Below, piece by piece: positions 52,814 through 62,860 of a stretch of DNA of 64,000 bases (the stretch's first letter is position 1; the number at the start of each line of letters is the position of its first letter). The notes under the pieces are model-generated. The model saw only the letters and a program-made list of their open reading frames with translations, did no database searches and was not told where the DNA came from. The position numbers and the translations under genes are program-made. The stretch comes from Escherichia phage kaaroe, in the sequence record MN850574.1. The stretch is one strand, 5' to 3'.

Positions 52814-53191
52814 ATGAAACGTATGAGCTTAAAAGAACAAATGCTATTCATCCTACAAAATCGTAAATTATGTCATATTCCGTTTGACTATATCAAAGAT
52901 AATGATGTAATGAACTACCGTCACGGGATAGAATGTATTGAGTGGTATTTTGTCCTAGATAAATTTGTTGATGATGTGATTCGTCGTAAACTTGCGTTTG
53001 ATGTTCGTGGTGATCTGGTATATCTCGACGGCAAAAAGACCGCAAAGAATCCTGTTACTGTCTATGCTCTGCAACAATACTTGACAGCTTACATTGGATT
53101 GAAGTATACTCACTCATCCGACAAGGAAGCCGAGAAAAAATTTATCGAAAGAATGCTAAAGATTCAAAATGAGCACGCAGTAAACCCGTAA
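52814..53191 (+). CDS. hypothetical protein (125 aa; position of T4 rpbA/45.x)
   Basis: ATG 5 nt after upstream stop. Confidence 0.5.
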   Translation: MKRMSLKEQMLFILQNRKLCHIPFDYIKDNDVMNYRHGIECIEWYFVLDKFVDDVIRRKLAFDVRGDLVYLDGKKTAKNPVTVYALQQYLTAYIGLKYTHSSDKEAEKKFIERMLKIQNEHAVNP

Positions 53192-53221
53192 TTAATTGAT
53201 TAACATGATAAAGGTGATTTG

Positions 53222-53908
53222 ATGAAACTGACTAAAGAAACCATTGCTACCCTGAAAAACTTTTCCGCTATTAACCCAGGTATCATCCTGAAAAAAGGAA
53301 ACGTCCTGATCACCAAAAACATGACAAACGTTGTATATGGTGAAGCGACTCTGAATCAAGAACTGGAACACGAAATTGGGATCTATGATCTTAACTCTTT
53401 CTTGGGTATTCTGAATCTGGTAGGCGATGAAGCAGATATTACGGTTGACGACCGCACTGGTAACATTCGTGTGTCTAATGATCGTCTGAAAATTAATTAC
53501 CCTGGTGCTAGTGCTGCTGCTATCGTATCACCGAAAGGCCGAGTTACTCCACCTGCAAGCGATGTAGATTACGAACTGAGCAACGACGATCTGAAACAGC
53601 TTATGAAAATGAGCAATCAGCTTAAAGTGGATCGCCTTGAATTTCTTCCGATTGATGGTCGTCTGATGATCAAAGGTTGGGAAGAGATTGACAAAAATAA
53701 TCCTAATGAGATGTTTTGTCTTGATATGGGCGAATATACCGGAACCGCAGACTTCCATTTCTTTATTCGTAAAGATAACATGAAACTGGTTGCTACTGAC
53801 TTCGGCGATTACAAACTGAGCTTCACTCGCCGTAAGGCTGTATGGCTGGCAAGTGAAACCGTATCTTATATGATCGCGTGTGACCTTGACTCCAGCTACA
53901 CCGACTAA
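53222..53908 (+). CDS. 45: sliding clamp gp45
   Basis: 228 aa; MKLTKETIATLKNF..., IYDLNSFLGILNLV match remembered T4 gp45. Confidence 0.9.
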   Translation: MKLTKETIATLKNFSAINPGIILKKGNVLITKNMTNVVYGEATLNQELEHEIGIYDLNSFLGILNLVGDEADITVDDRTGNIRVSNDRLKINYPGASAAAIVSPKGRVTPPASDVDYELSNDDLKQLMKMSNQLKVDRLEFLPIDGRLMIKGWEEIDKNNPNEMFCLDMGEYTGTADFHFFIRKDNMKLVATDFGDYKLSFTRRKAVWLASETVSYMIACDLDSSYTD

Positions 53909-53914
53909 TATAAT
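53886..53914 (+). promoter_or_regulatory. sigma70-like promoter TTGACT-17-TATAAT for gene 44 (within 3' end of gene 45)
   Basis: TTGACT 53886-53891, TATAAT 53909-53914. Confidence 0.55.
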
Positions 53915-53920
53915 GTTTGT

Positions 53921-53941
53921 GGGGAGTATAAAATACTCCCC
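53921..53941 (+). promoter_or_regulatory. perfect 9-bp stem-loop in gene 44 leader
   Basis: GGGGAGTAT-AAA-ATACTCCCC immediately downstream of -10. Confidence 0.5.
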
Positions 53942-53974
53942 GTTTTAATGATGTAATTTGTGAGAGGTGATTAT

Positions 53975-54949
53975 ATGCTGAGTGTTAATGAAAATGAGTT
54001 TCAGTGGGAACAGAAATACCGTCCGAAATCAATTTCTGAATGTATTCTGCCGGAAGCAGATAAAAAGATCTTCGCGCAGATTGTTAAGCAAGGCCGAATC
54101 CCTTCTATGATCCTGCATAGCCCATCGCCGGGTACTGGTAAAACAACCGTTGCTAAGGCGCTTTGCGAAGATGTGGGTGTTGATTATCTGTTTGTTAACG
54201 GCGCAGATTGTAAGATTGATTTTATCCGCGATGAGATTACACGCTTTGCGCAGAGTGTATCACTCGATGAAGAAAAAAGAGAAAAAGGCAAAGTTGTTAT
54301 TATCGATGAGTATGACCGAGCGGGGTTGGCTGACGCTCAAAGACACTTGCGTAGTTTCTCTGAGGCATACTCAAACAATGTGACATTCATTATCACAGCA
54401 AACGATCTAGAAGGTATTATCCCAGCGTTACGATCTCGATTTGACCCCATAACGTTTGGATCTCCGACTAAAGATGATCAGCTTCGCATGATGAAAGAAA
54501 TGATCGTCCGGTGTAAAGCAATTCTTGATAAAGAAGGTGTGCCAGTAGAAGAAATGCGCGTATTAGCGGAACTGGTTAAACAGAACTTCCCAGACTTCCG
54601 ACGCGTAATGAAACTTTTGGACCGCTACGCTAAACATGGTAAAATTGATGCTGGCGTATTGAGCATGGTTATCGAAAGTAGCAATACCGAAGTAACCGAT
54701 GTGGTGGAAGCACTTAAAACTAAACAGTTTGCTAATGTGCGTAAACTTGCGCCGCGATATACCAATACATACGCTCAATTTGTCAAGAAACTTTATAATG
54801 AGTTGTATACTCAAGTTAAGCCAGCTTCTATTATTCGTCTCACTGAGATTATCGGTGAAAATAATCAGATGTTTGCACACGCGGCTGATAAAGAGATTCA
54901 CATTGTCTTTTTGTTAATGCAATTAATGGTTGAATTGGAGTTCGTATAA
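53975..54949 (+). CDS. 44: clamp loader large subunit gp44
   Basis: EQKYRP, Walker A SPSPGTGKTT, IIDEYDR; collinear with T4 gp44. Confidence 0.9.
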   Translation: MLSVNENEFQWEQKYRPKSISECILPEADKKIFAQIVKQGRIPSMILHSPSPGTGKTTVAKALCEDVGVDYLFVNGADCKIDFIRDEITRFAQSVSLDEEKREKGKVVIIDEYDRAGLADAQRHLRSFSEAYSNNVTFIITANDLEGIIPALRSRFDPITFGSPTKDDQLRMMKEMIVRCKAILDKEGVPVEEMRVLAELVKQNFPDFRRVMKLLDRYAKHGKIDAGVLSMVIESSNTEVTDVVEALKTKQFANVRKLAPRYTNTYAQFVKKLYNELYTQVKPASIIRLTEIIGENNQMFAHAADKEIHIVFLLMQLMVELEFV

Positions 54950-55527
54950 TGTTAGGTCAATTTTTCGGTGAAGATGATACACAATTAAACGAGCATGAAA
55001 TTGCATGGCGCTCTCGTGATTGGGAAAAGGTGTCTGAATTAGCGGATACATTCACCGAGAAAACCGACAATGCATTATTTGCTCTGATGGATCATATCAC
55101 TTTAGATAAACAGCGCGTTAATGTGGGAAACAATTCTGCATATAACCAGAGATGGATTAACACCGCTCTTTCCCAGCACGCAGATTGCCTATATAGCGCG
55201 TATGTGATGAATTTAATCGGTCATGGCCTCCCAGATCAAATGCATTTTGATTATCTCTTACAGAGTATTTCTAAGGGGAAACGATACGGTAAATGGGCTA
55301 AACTAACAGAAGAATTGGACCAAAAATTGGTTTTAATGGCAGTGGCGAAAGCATATTGTGTAAATATGGATGACGCCCGGTTTTATCTCGATTTGGCTAA
55401 TGAAAAGGGATATATGGACAAGTTATTGAAGCACATTAAACCGTATGCGACCGATGAACTTTTGGCGGGTGTTACTAAGAATCAGACAGAAAGGAAACGA
55501 CTTAAAAAGATTATAGAAAGGTGGTAA
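54949..55527 (+). CDS. 62: clamp loader small subunit gp62
   Basis: 192 aa; QLNEHEIAW, KRYGKWAKL, KRLKKI like T4 gp62; TAATG overlap with gp44. Confidence 0.85.
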   Translation: MLGQFFGEDDTQLNEHEIAWRSRDWEKVSELADTFTEKTDNALFALMDHITLDKQRVNVGNNSAYNQRWINTALSQHADCLYSAYVMNLIGHGLPDQMHFDYLLQSISKGKRYGKWAKLTEELDQKLVLMAVAKAYCVNMDDARFYLDLANEKGYMDKLLKHIKPYATDELLAGVTKNQTERKRLKKIIERW

Positions 55528-55528
55528 A

Positions 55529-55891
55529 ATGATTGAAATTAATTTGATTAGTCCTGAAAACTTCCTTAAAATTAAGGAAACTTTAACCCGCTGCGGCATT
55601 GCCAACAATCGAGACAAGACGCTGTATCAGTCTTGTCATATTCTCCAGAAGAAAGGGCGCTATTACATCGTTCATTTCAAGGAGTTGTTGAAATTAGATG
55701 GTCGTAGTGTTAAAATGACGTGGGAAGATGAATTACGCCGTAATAACATTGCAAAACTTCTGGCGCAGTGGAATCTGTGTACCCTGATTGATAGTGATTT
55801 TGAAACTACCGAAGTTAATAATTTCCGTGTATTGTCTTTCAAACAGAAAGAAGAGTGGACGCTGATCGAGAAATATCAGATCGGGCGATAA
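55529..55891 (+). CDS. regA: translational repressor RegA
   Basis: 120 aa; KIKETLTRCGIANNRDKTLYQSCHILQKKGRYYIVHFKE nearly identical to remembered T4 RegA. Confidence 0.85.
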   Translation: MIEINLISPENFLKIKETLTRCGIANNRDKTLYQSCHILQKKGRYYIVHFKELLKLDGRSVKMTWEDELRRNNIAKLLAQWNLCTLIDSDFETTEVNNFRVLSFKQKEEWTLIEKYQIGR

Positions 55892-55912
55892 GATACTGAT
55901 GGGATAGGGGTA

Positions 55913-55941
55913 TTGACAAACTAAGTCGATTCCCCTATAAT
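55913..55941 (+). promoter_or_regulatory. sigma70-like promoter TTGACA-17-TATAAT for gene 43
   Basis: -35 55913-55918, -10 55936-55941. Confidence 0.6.
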
Positions 55942-55973
55942 GAGTGTCTTTCGTAAGTGAAGGAGTTTATATT

Positions 55974-58652
55974 ATGTATTTTCTGTCATGTGAGCGAGTA
56001 GGTGATAAGATCTACGAGCGTTATATTGATGATGCTGGACAAGAACAAGAGCGTTACGTTGAATATACGCCAACTTTATTTCATCATGCCGCGCCTGGTA
56101 TGGTTACGAATTATAAAGATATCTATGGCAAGCCTTGCATTGCTAAAAAATTCCCCTCTATGAACGAGGCCAACAAATGGCGTAAAAAGATGGGAGAAAT
56201 GGGGCAAGAGGCGCTAGGGATGGATGATTTTATCATCTCCTATCTGTCTGATACGTATAAAGGCGAGATTCGATATGACCGAAATAAAATCCGTGTAGCA
56301 TGGGTTGATATCGAGGTCACTGCCCCAGAATTTCCTAAACCAGAAGAAGCGAAATATCCTATCGATGCAATTACGCATTATGATTCCGTACATGATCGTT
56401 TCTTTGTATTTGATTTGAAAGGAAAAAACGGTGAAATCTGGGAATCTAGCAAGTCTATTCTTCGACCTGATATTGTAGAGCGCGTTGTTTATAACGTCTA
56501 TGACACAGAAGATGAATTGCTGTTAGAATACATCCGATTCTTTGAGGAAAACCGACCCGTTGGTTTCACTGGCTGGAACACAGAAACATTCGATATTCCA
56601 TATATCATTAAACGTATCAGTAATAAGTTCGGAAGTAGAACCGCTAACCGTCTAAGCCCGTGCGGTAAGATTAAATCCCGAATCTCACAGGATGATTTTG
56701 GCAACGAGCGTGAAGCATTTACGATCATGGGGATCGAAAGCCTTGATTATATTGACCTGTACAAGAAATTTAGCTTTACGACTCAACCAACATATGCATT
56801 AGATTATGTTGCTGAATATGAGACAGGAATCGGTAAGGTTGATTATGATGGTCCGTTAAAGAAATTGCGTGATGACAACCATCAACTTTACATCGATTAT
56901 AACATCGGCGACGTTGATCGTGTTCTGGCGATTGATAAAAAGCGTGGATTTATCGATCTGGTGTATAGTCTATGTTTCTATGCAAAGATTAAATTTAACC
57001 ATGTTTATAACCCGATGAAAGTGTGGGATGCTATTATCTTCGGATCTCTGAAAGCTGAGGGTAAAGTAGTACCGGAAAATAAGATACAGCCTAAGCAGAC
57101 GTATCCAGGCGCATTCGTAAAAGAACCTGTGCCGAATGCTTACCGTTGGATGATGAGCTTTGACTTAACAAGTCTGTACCCATCTATTATTCGACAGGTT
57201 AATATTTCGCCTGAAACAATCGCTGGATCTTTTGATGCTGCACCGATGCACGAGTATATCAATAAAACTGCACCACGTCCGAGTGATGAGTATTCTTGCT
57301 CGCCTAACGGATGGATGTATAGAAAAGATATTCACGGTATCGTACCGATTGAGATTAAAAAGGTATTCGATCAGCGTAAGCAGTACAAAAACATGATGTT
57401 GGCATGTGATCGCAATGCTGAACTCTGTAAAGCGATTCTACACGATGAAAATCATGTTTATGGAGGAACCATTAACTATAGCGTTGAAGTGCGTCACGAC
57501 TTTGATGAAGCGTTTAAATCGATGCTTTCTGAATTAAGTAAAGATGCCTTAGAGAAATTGCTGGAAGAATGTAAAGACGAGTCGATCTTGTGCAATACAA
57601 ACCAGCTTTCTCGTAAAGTTTTGATCAACTCCCTTTATGGTGCGTTGGGGAATCCTAAATTCCGTTTTTATGATCTCCGTAACGCTAGTGCGATCACCTT
57701 GTTTGGTCAGCTTGCAATTCAGTGGATTGAGCGTAAGATTAACGAATACTTAAACGAGCTTTGTGGAACAACCGATTTTGCATATGTTCGTTATTGTGAT
57801 ACTGACTCCGTTTATGTGCTGGTTAACAATGTTGTTGATAAGGTTGGCGGGGAAGACCGTTTCGACGATACCGAAAAACTTGTTGACTTCCTTGATAATT
57901 TCGGTAAACATCGAATGGAACCTATTATCGACAAGGGATATCGCGAGTTATGCGAGTACATGAACAACTATGAGCACTTGATGTTTATGGACCGTGAGGC
58001 AATTGCTGGTCCTCCATTGAAATCTGCGGGTATCGGTGGATTCTGGACTGGTAAAAAGCGTTATGCTCTTAATGTTTGGGATATGGAAGGAACGCGCTTT
58101 GCTGAACCTAAGCTAAAAATCATGGGCTTGGAAACGCAACGTAGCTCCACCCCTAAAGCATGTCAGAAATCACTGAAAGAATGTATTCGCCGTATGTTGC
58201 AGGAAGGTGAAGAGTCATTGCAGGAATACTACGGTATTTTTGAGCAAGAATTTAGAAAACTTGACTATCTTGATGTTGCTGCGGTATCATCTGCAAACAA
58301 CCTACAGAAATACAGCGATTCAAACGGGTATCCGATTAAGGGTTGTCCGTATGCGGTTAAGAGTGTATTGTGTTATAATCGTAATGCTCGAAAATTCGGA
58401 CTAGATCCGATTCGTGAAGGCGAGAAGGTTATGATTGTACCGCTGAAAGATCGAAATCCGTTTGGAGAAATCTGTTTTGGTTGGTTGTCCGGTACTCGTA
58501 TTCCTCCAGAAATTGAATCAGAGGTGTTAAAGTGGTTAGACTGGCCTTTGTTGTTTAATAAGACTTTCGTCAAACCACTGGAGAACATTACCACGGCTGC
58601 AAAGCTGCAATATGAAAAAGTGGCATCTCTTACAGACCTGTTTGACATTTAA
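55974..58652 (+). CDS. 43: DNA polymerase gp43 (family B)
   Basis: ATG at 55974 with AGGAG RBS; exonuclease and polymerase motifs (DIEV, SLYPSII, YGDTDS) collinear with T4 gp43. Confidence 0.95.
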   Translation: MYFLSCERVGDKIYERYIDDAGQEQERYVEYTPTLFHHAAPGMVTNYKDIYGKPCIAKKFPSMNEANKWRKKMGEMGQEALGMDDFIISYLSDTYKGEIRYDRNKIRVAWVDIEVTAPEFPKPEEAKYPIDAITHYDSVHDRFFVFDLKGKNGEIWESSKSILRPDIVERVVYNVYDTEDELLLEYIRFFEENRPVGFTGWNTETFDIPYIIKRISNKFGSRTANRLSPCGKIKSRISQDDFGNEREAFTIMGIESLDYIDLYKKFSFTTQPTYALDYVAEYETGIGKVDYDGPLKKLRDDNHQLYIDYNIGDVDRVLAIDKKRGFIDLVYSLCFYAKIKFNHVYNPMKVWDAIIFGSLKAEGKVVPENKIQPKQTYPGAFVKEPVPNAYRWMMSFDLTSLYPSIIRQVNISPETIAGSFDAAPMHEYINKTAPRPSDEYSCSPNGWMYRKDIHGIVPIEIKKVFDQRKQYKNMMLACDRNAELCKAILHDENHVYGGTINYSVEVRHDFDEAFKSMLSELSKDALEKLLEECKDESILCNTNQLSRKVLINSLYGALGNPKFRFYDLRNASAITLFGQLAIQWIERKINEYLNELCGTTDFAYVRYCDTDSVYVLVNNVVDKVGGEDRFDDTEKLVDFLDNFGKHRMEPIIDKGYRELCEYMNNYEHLMFMDREAIAGPPLKSAGIGGFWTGKKRYALNVWDMEGTRFAEPKLKIMGLETQRSSTPKACQKSLKECIRRMLQEGEESLQEYYGIFEQEFRKLDYLDVAAVSSANNLQKYSDSNGYPIKGCPYAVKSVLCYNRNARKFGLDPIREGEKVMIVPLKDRNPFGEICFGWLSGTRIPPEIESEVLKWLDWPLLFNKTFVKPLENITTAAKLQYEKVASLTDLFDI

Positions 58653-58696
58653 GATAAAGTGTGTATAATGGCGGGTGTTGGGTGACGATACCCGCC
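58642..58696 (+). promoter_or_regulatory. promoter TTGACA-16-TATAAT followed by stem-loop; -35 inside last codons of gene 43
   Basis: TTGACA 58642-58647, TATAAT 58664-58669, hairpin GGCGGGT...ACCCGCC 58670-58696. Confidence 0.5.
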
Positions 58697-58713
58697 AACG
58701 TGAGAAATATACT

Positions 58714-58902
58714 ATGAGAGAAATTGAAAAGATTAAACGTGAACGTGAGGAAGGCATAGAGCATTTCAAGAAAGTTCACGGAAATCACAGCAACGAAGTA
58801 TTTGTGACGATCGATGTTGATGCGATGAAAAAGTTAATTCAAGAGCACTACAAAGATCGAATAACAATGAAGCAATTAAAGTATTACGGATTAACTGAAT
58901 AG
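58714..58902 (+). CDS. hypothetical protein (62 aa)
   Basis: ATG at 58714 (track ORF begins 58675); the only ORF between 43 and uvsX. Confidence 0.5.
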   Translation: MREIEKIKREREEGIEHFKKVHGNHSNEVFVTIDVDAMKKLIQEHYKDRITMKQLKYYGLTE

Positions 58903-58913
58903 AGGTATTAATA

Positions 58914-59984
58914 ATGTCTGTACTGGAAAAACTGAAAAAGAACTCTACCCTGAAAACTACTGCGGTACTGTCTAAATCCAGCTTCTTTAACGAAAAAACA
59001 AATACTCGCACTAAGATCCCGATGCTGAATATTGCGTTTTCAGGTGATCTTAAAAAAGGCTTTCAATCTGGTCTGATTTTCTTTGCTGGTCCGTCTAAGC
59101 ACTTTAAATCAAACATGGGATTAACTTGTGTTAGTGCATACATGAAACAGAATCCTGATGCGGCGTGTTTGTTCTTTGATTCTGAGTTCGGTATTACACC
59201 CGCTTATCTTGAATCTATGGGTGTAGATCCTGATCGCGTGGTGCATGTTCCAATCAAGAACATCGAAGAACTTAAATTTGAAATCATGAACCAGCTTGAG
59301 CAAATTACCCGTGAAGATAAAGTGATCATCTTTATTGACTCAATCGGTAACTTAGCAAGTAAAAAAGAAGTTGAAGACGCGATTAATGAGAAATCTGCAC
59401 AGGATATGACGCGAGCTAAAGCACTTAAAGGCTTGTTCCGTATGGTGACGCCATATCTGACTATGAATGATATCCCGTGCATCGCTATTAACCACACTTA
59501 CGAAACACAAGAAATGTTTAGTAAGACCGTTATGTCCGGCGGTACGGGCGCGATGTATTCAGCCAATGAAGTTTTCATTATTGGTCGTCGTCAGCAGAAA
59601 GAAGGAACCGAAATTACTGGTTATGATTTTATCCTGAATGCGGAAAAATCACGAACCGTTAAAGAAAAATCTAAGTTCCCGATTAGCGTAACATTTAGCG
59701 GTGGCATCGATCCTTATTCCGGTTTGCTGGAGTTGGCTGTAGAGTTAGGTTGGGTAGTGAAACCGTCAAACGGCTGGTATTCTCGTTCAATCCTGAATAC
59801 TGAGACCGGAGAGATGGAAACCGAAGAACGCAAGTTCCGTGCTAAAGAAACCAATAGCATTGAGTTCTGGAAACCGCTTCTGACAAACGATAAGTTTAAC
59901 GAAGCAATCAACGATCATTATAAGCTGGGGCAAGTGATCAGCGACGAAGCAGTTGACAAAGAAATCGAAGATATGTTAGCATAA
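58914..59984 (+). CDS. uvsX: recombinase UvsX (RecA-like)
   Basis: 356 aa; Walker A GPSKHFKSN, FYDSEFGITPAYLESMGVDPDRV nearly identical to remembered T4 UvsX. Confidence 0.9.
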   Translation: MSVLEKLKKNSTLKTTAVLSKSSFFNEKTNTRTKIPMLNIAFSGDLKKGFQSGLIFFAGPSKHFKSNMGLTCVSAYMKQNPDAACLFFDSEFGITPAYLESMGVDPDRVVHVPIKNIEELKFEIMNQLEQITREDKVIIFIDSIGNLASKKEVEDAINEKSAQDMTRAKALKGLFRMVTPYLTMNDIPCIAINHTYETQEMFSKTVMSGGTGAMYSANEVFIIGRRQQKEGTEITGYDFILNAEKSRTVKEKSKFPISVTFSGGIDPYSGLLELAVELGWVVKPSNGWYSRSILNTETGEMETEERKFRAKETNSIEFWKPLLTNDKFNEAINDHYKLGQVISDEAVDKEIEDMLA

Positions 59985-59996
59985 CAATGGTAGTAA

Positions 59997-60018
59997 AGGG
60001 GCTACGTGCCCCTTTTTC
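59997..60018 (+). terminator. intrinsic terminator
   Basis: aggggc-tacgt-gcccct hairpin then TTTTTC. Confidence 0.65.
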
Positions 60019-60039
60019 ATATCTAGAGAGGATTATATT

Positions 60040-60357
60040 ATGGATAAGAAACCAACAAGTTTAGAAGAAGCACACGGCTTGATTCAAGAAGCAATGAAGA
60101 CAGTTATTCAGGAATTGATAATTGTTGATGAAGAGGGAGAGCATCATATTGTCTATATTCATAATGTTGAATACGATCCAGACACTAAAGGTATTGTGGT
60201 CGACTACTCCACGCCGTCAGATCGTGATGTGGTATATCCACACGTCATTAAGGCGTTAACCGCGCAGATCAAAGAAGCAGAAGAAAAGTTGAAAAAAGAA
60301 ACTTTCTGGTATAAACTCAAGACCTTTGTTATGCGTGTAGTTGGGGGCTATGTATGA
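60040..60357 (+). CDS. 40: gp40-like protein (by synteny between uvsX and 41)
   Basis: 105 aa; positional call. Confidence 0.5.
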   Translation: MDKKPTSLEEAHGLIQEAMKTVIQELIIVDEEGEHHIVYIHNVEYDPDTKGIVVDYSTPSDRDVVYPHVIKALTAQIKEAEEKLKKETFWYKLKTFVMRVVGGYV

Positions 60358-61766
60358 TTAAAACTATCTTTTCACAGTTGATTTACAATGGCGCATTCTT
60401 TACGAATGTATGGCCTCACCTTAAAGCGGACTACTTCACCGAAGACGAAGAAAAACTGATTTATAAGCTGATTAAAAAGCACGTAGACGAATATTCCAAC
60501 ATTCCTACGCCAACTGCATTACATATTGCTTTAGACAAGGAGAGAGGCAATCAGACAACATATGAAGGGGCTAAAACTCTTCTTGATTCGCTTGAGAATA
60601 CACCGGAAGACCTTGATTGGTTAATGAAGGAAACCGAAAAATTTATTCGTGACCGTGCCATGTATAATGCAATGTCACGGGCGCTAGAGATTCAGGCGAA
60701 CGCACAACTACCAAAAGAGAAACAGAATAAGAAATTGCCGAGTGAGGGTGCTATTCCTGAGATCATGCAGGAAGCACTATCAATTACGTTTGATTCTGAT
60801 GTAGGTCATGACTGGTTTAATGACTTTGAAAAACGATTCTTGCTATATCAGACTAAGGCGAATAAGATCCCGTTTAAGCTGCCGATGTTGAATAAAATCA
60901 CGAAAGGAGGGGCGGAAAGAAAAACGCTAAATGTGTTGCTTGCTGGTGTAAATGTTGGTAAATCGCTTGGATTATGTTCTCTTGCTGCGGATTATATGGA
61001 ATGTGGTTATGATGTATTGTATATCTCAATGGAGATGGCAGAGCATGTCGTAGCCAAACGTATCGACGCAAACTTGCTTGACATTACATTAGATGAATTG
61101 GATAATGGTAATGTTTCTTTTGCGGAATATTCCGCACGTATGAAGCGTGTTAAGAATAAGAAGATCGGAGATCGTCCGGTTGGAAAATTGATGATCAAGC
61201 AGTATCCGACTGGTGGCGCGAACTCCAATCACTTTGAGGCGTTAATGAATGAATTGCGACTCAAGAAACAGTTTAAACCTGATGTTGTGATTGTTGACTA
61301 TCTGGGGATTTGCGCATCGTCTCGCTTGCGTGTATACTCTGAAAATAGTTACACACTAGTTAAGGCGATTGCGGAAGAACTGCGAGGATTTTTTGTTAAG
61401 TGGGATGTTGTTGGTTGGACTGCGGCACAGACTACCCGCGCGGGTTGGGATGCTTCCGACCTTAACATGAGTGATACCGCTGAATCAGCAGGTCTTCCGG
61501 CTACTGCCGACTTTATGTTGGGTGTTATCGAAACCGAAGACCTGGCTAAAATGGGCGTCCAACTCATGAAGCAGATCAAGTCTCGTTACGGTGATAAGAA
61601 CTATTATTCACGGTTTAACGTTGGTGTGAAGAAAGGCAATCAGCGTTGGTATGAAGTACCAAACCAGATCGCAGATCAGGAGAATGCACAACTTAAACCA
61701 CAAAGCGCACAGCAAGCCGAGAAACGAGAAAAACTCGACGAGCTAGCAAATAACATGACTTTCTAA
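60354..61766 (+). CDS. 41: replicative DNA helicase gp41 (DnaB-like)
   Basis: 470 aa; Walker A AGVNVGKS, YISMEMAE, IVDYLGI; collinear with T4 gp41. Confidence 0.9.
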   Translation: MIKTIFSQLIYNGAFFTNVWPHLKADYFTEDEEKLIYKLIKKHVDEYSNIPTPTALHIALDKERGNQTTYEGAKTLLDSLENTPEDLDWLMKETEKFIRDRAMYNAMSRALEIQANAQLPKEKQNKKLPSEGAIPEIMQEALSITFDSDVGHDWFNDFEKRFLLYQTKANKIPFKLPMLNKITKGGAERKTLNVLLAGVNVGKSLGLCSLAADYMECGYDVLYISMEMAEHVVAKRIDANLLDITLDELDNGNVSFAEYSARMKRVKNKKIGDRPVGKLMIKQYPTGGANSNHFEALMNELRLKKQFKPDVVIVDYLGICASSRLRVYSENSYTLVKAIAEELRGFFVKWDVVGWTAAQTTRAGWDASDLNMSDTAESAGLPATADFMLGVIETEDLAKMGVQLMKQIKSRYGDKNYYSRFNVGVKKGNQRWYEVPNQIADQENAQLKPQSAQQAEKREKLDELANNMTF

Positions 61767-61772
61767 TAAAAT

Positions 61773-61788
61773 GCGCCCTGCGGGGCGC
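61773..61788 (+). other. GC-rich hairpin without T-run downstream of gene 41
   Basis: gcgccc-tgcg-gggcgc. Confidence 0.3.
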
Positions 61789-61816
61789 TGGTGAATGATT
61801 TGATAGGAGATATAAC

Positions 61817-62452
61817 ATGATCGCTAATGCTTTACCGCCAAAATGGATCGTAAGTCGCTTTTATACTCTCAAGGAAGGTAACGCACCTGATGGTCGTCCG
61901 ATCCGAGATCTGTTTCTGGAGATGACTACAGCCGAAGCACAGTTTTATAATGATCTGACAGACGATAAGCCATTTCTCGTAAATTCGGTGGACCTTGATG
62001 GCAATGTCACATCAATCATCACACATGGTGGGGGAGTGAAAAATATTACTTCTCTGCGTGATCACGGTTGGGAAATTGCTTGTGTATTTCCTGCGGATGT
62101 ACGCGGATTCTTTGATGAGGTATCTGATATTAAAGTAAATGCACTGGAACCATATGACGAGATCCCACCACTGAAAGAAGAAAAAGAGTTGACACCGGAA
62201 GATGTAGATAGTACACTACACCCCGACCTATTTAAGAAGATTAGCGGTTTATGGACTGTTACCCTGTATCCAACCGCATTAGGTCTAGAATTGGGTATGC
62301 CAACTTATTCTGATATTGATAATTGGAATAAGAGCATTGATAAAGATGTTGAAAAACAGCGAAATAATGCTAAAATGCAACTTAAAGAGAAACGCAAAGA
62401 TCTTGAACGACAACTGAAAGAAACAAAACGTTTGCTTTCTACATTCGCTTGA
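61817..62452 (+). CDS. hypothetical protein (211 aa)
   Basis: ORF with GGAG RBS; coiled-coil C-terminus. Confidence 0.55.
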   Translation: MIANALPPKWIVSRFYTLKEGNAPDGRPIRDLFLEMTTAEAQFYNDLTDDKPFLVNSVDLDGNVTSIITHGGGVKNITSLRDHGWEIACVFPADVRGFFDEVSDIKVNALEPYDEIPPLKEEKELTPEDVDSTLHPDLFKKISGLWTVTLYPTALGLELGMPTYSDIDNWNKSIDKDVEKQRNNAKMQLKEKRKDLERQLKETKRLLSTFA

Positions 62453-62482
62453 TCTATAATGAAACTCTAAGGAGACGATATT

Positions 62483-62860
62483 ATGAAAAATATGATTACG
62501 CCGGAAGATGTAGCATTCAAAACCGCATTCAACGGAGATATTCTTATTTTTATCGACGGTAAACACGCCGGAATGATTGAACCGGAAGGTCGCTGGGGTG
62601 TTGCTGAACTATATAACGTGGCGGGTGTAGAAGGTCATAAAACAGCACTTGTTTTCTTGTCAGATAAAGATCAAATGCGTCGAAAAATTGCTGCGCTCTA
62701 TAATGAAGCAGTATATTTCTACGAACCGTTTCATCGTATTAAAACGATCTCCCGCGTGACTCGAAAAGATGTTAATGCTTGTGTTATCAAGATTGTAGAG
62801 AATCAGGATAAACTGACGAAAGACCAGATTGTTGACTTACTGAAAGAGATTATTCTATGA
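62483..62860 (+). CDS. hypothetical protein (125 aa)
   Basis: ORF with GGAGACGATATT RBS. Confidence 0.5.
   Translation: MKNMITPEDVAFKTAFNGDILIFIDGKHAGMIEPEGRWGVAELYNVAGVEGHKTALVFLSDKDQMRRKIAALYNEAVYFYEPFHRIKTISRVTRKDVNACVIKIVENQDKLTKDQIVDLLKEIIL

Noticed and set aside
14310-55941. CRISPR-like array suggested by the recurring 28-bp motif
   Set aside because: Copies are 0.3-3 kb apart, each followed by RBS and gene, and contain -35/-10 hexamers; they are promoters, not CRISPR repeats
58653-58913. Genes 42 / imm / beta-gt expected between 43 and uvsX
   Set aside because: Only a 62-aa ORF is present; no dCMP hydroxymethylase or glucosyltransferase motifs found in any frame
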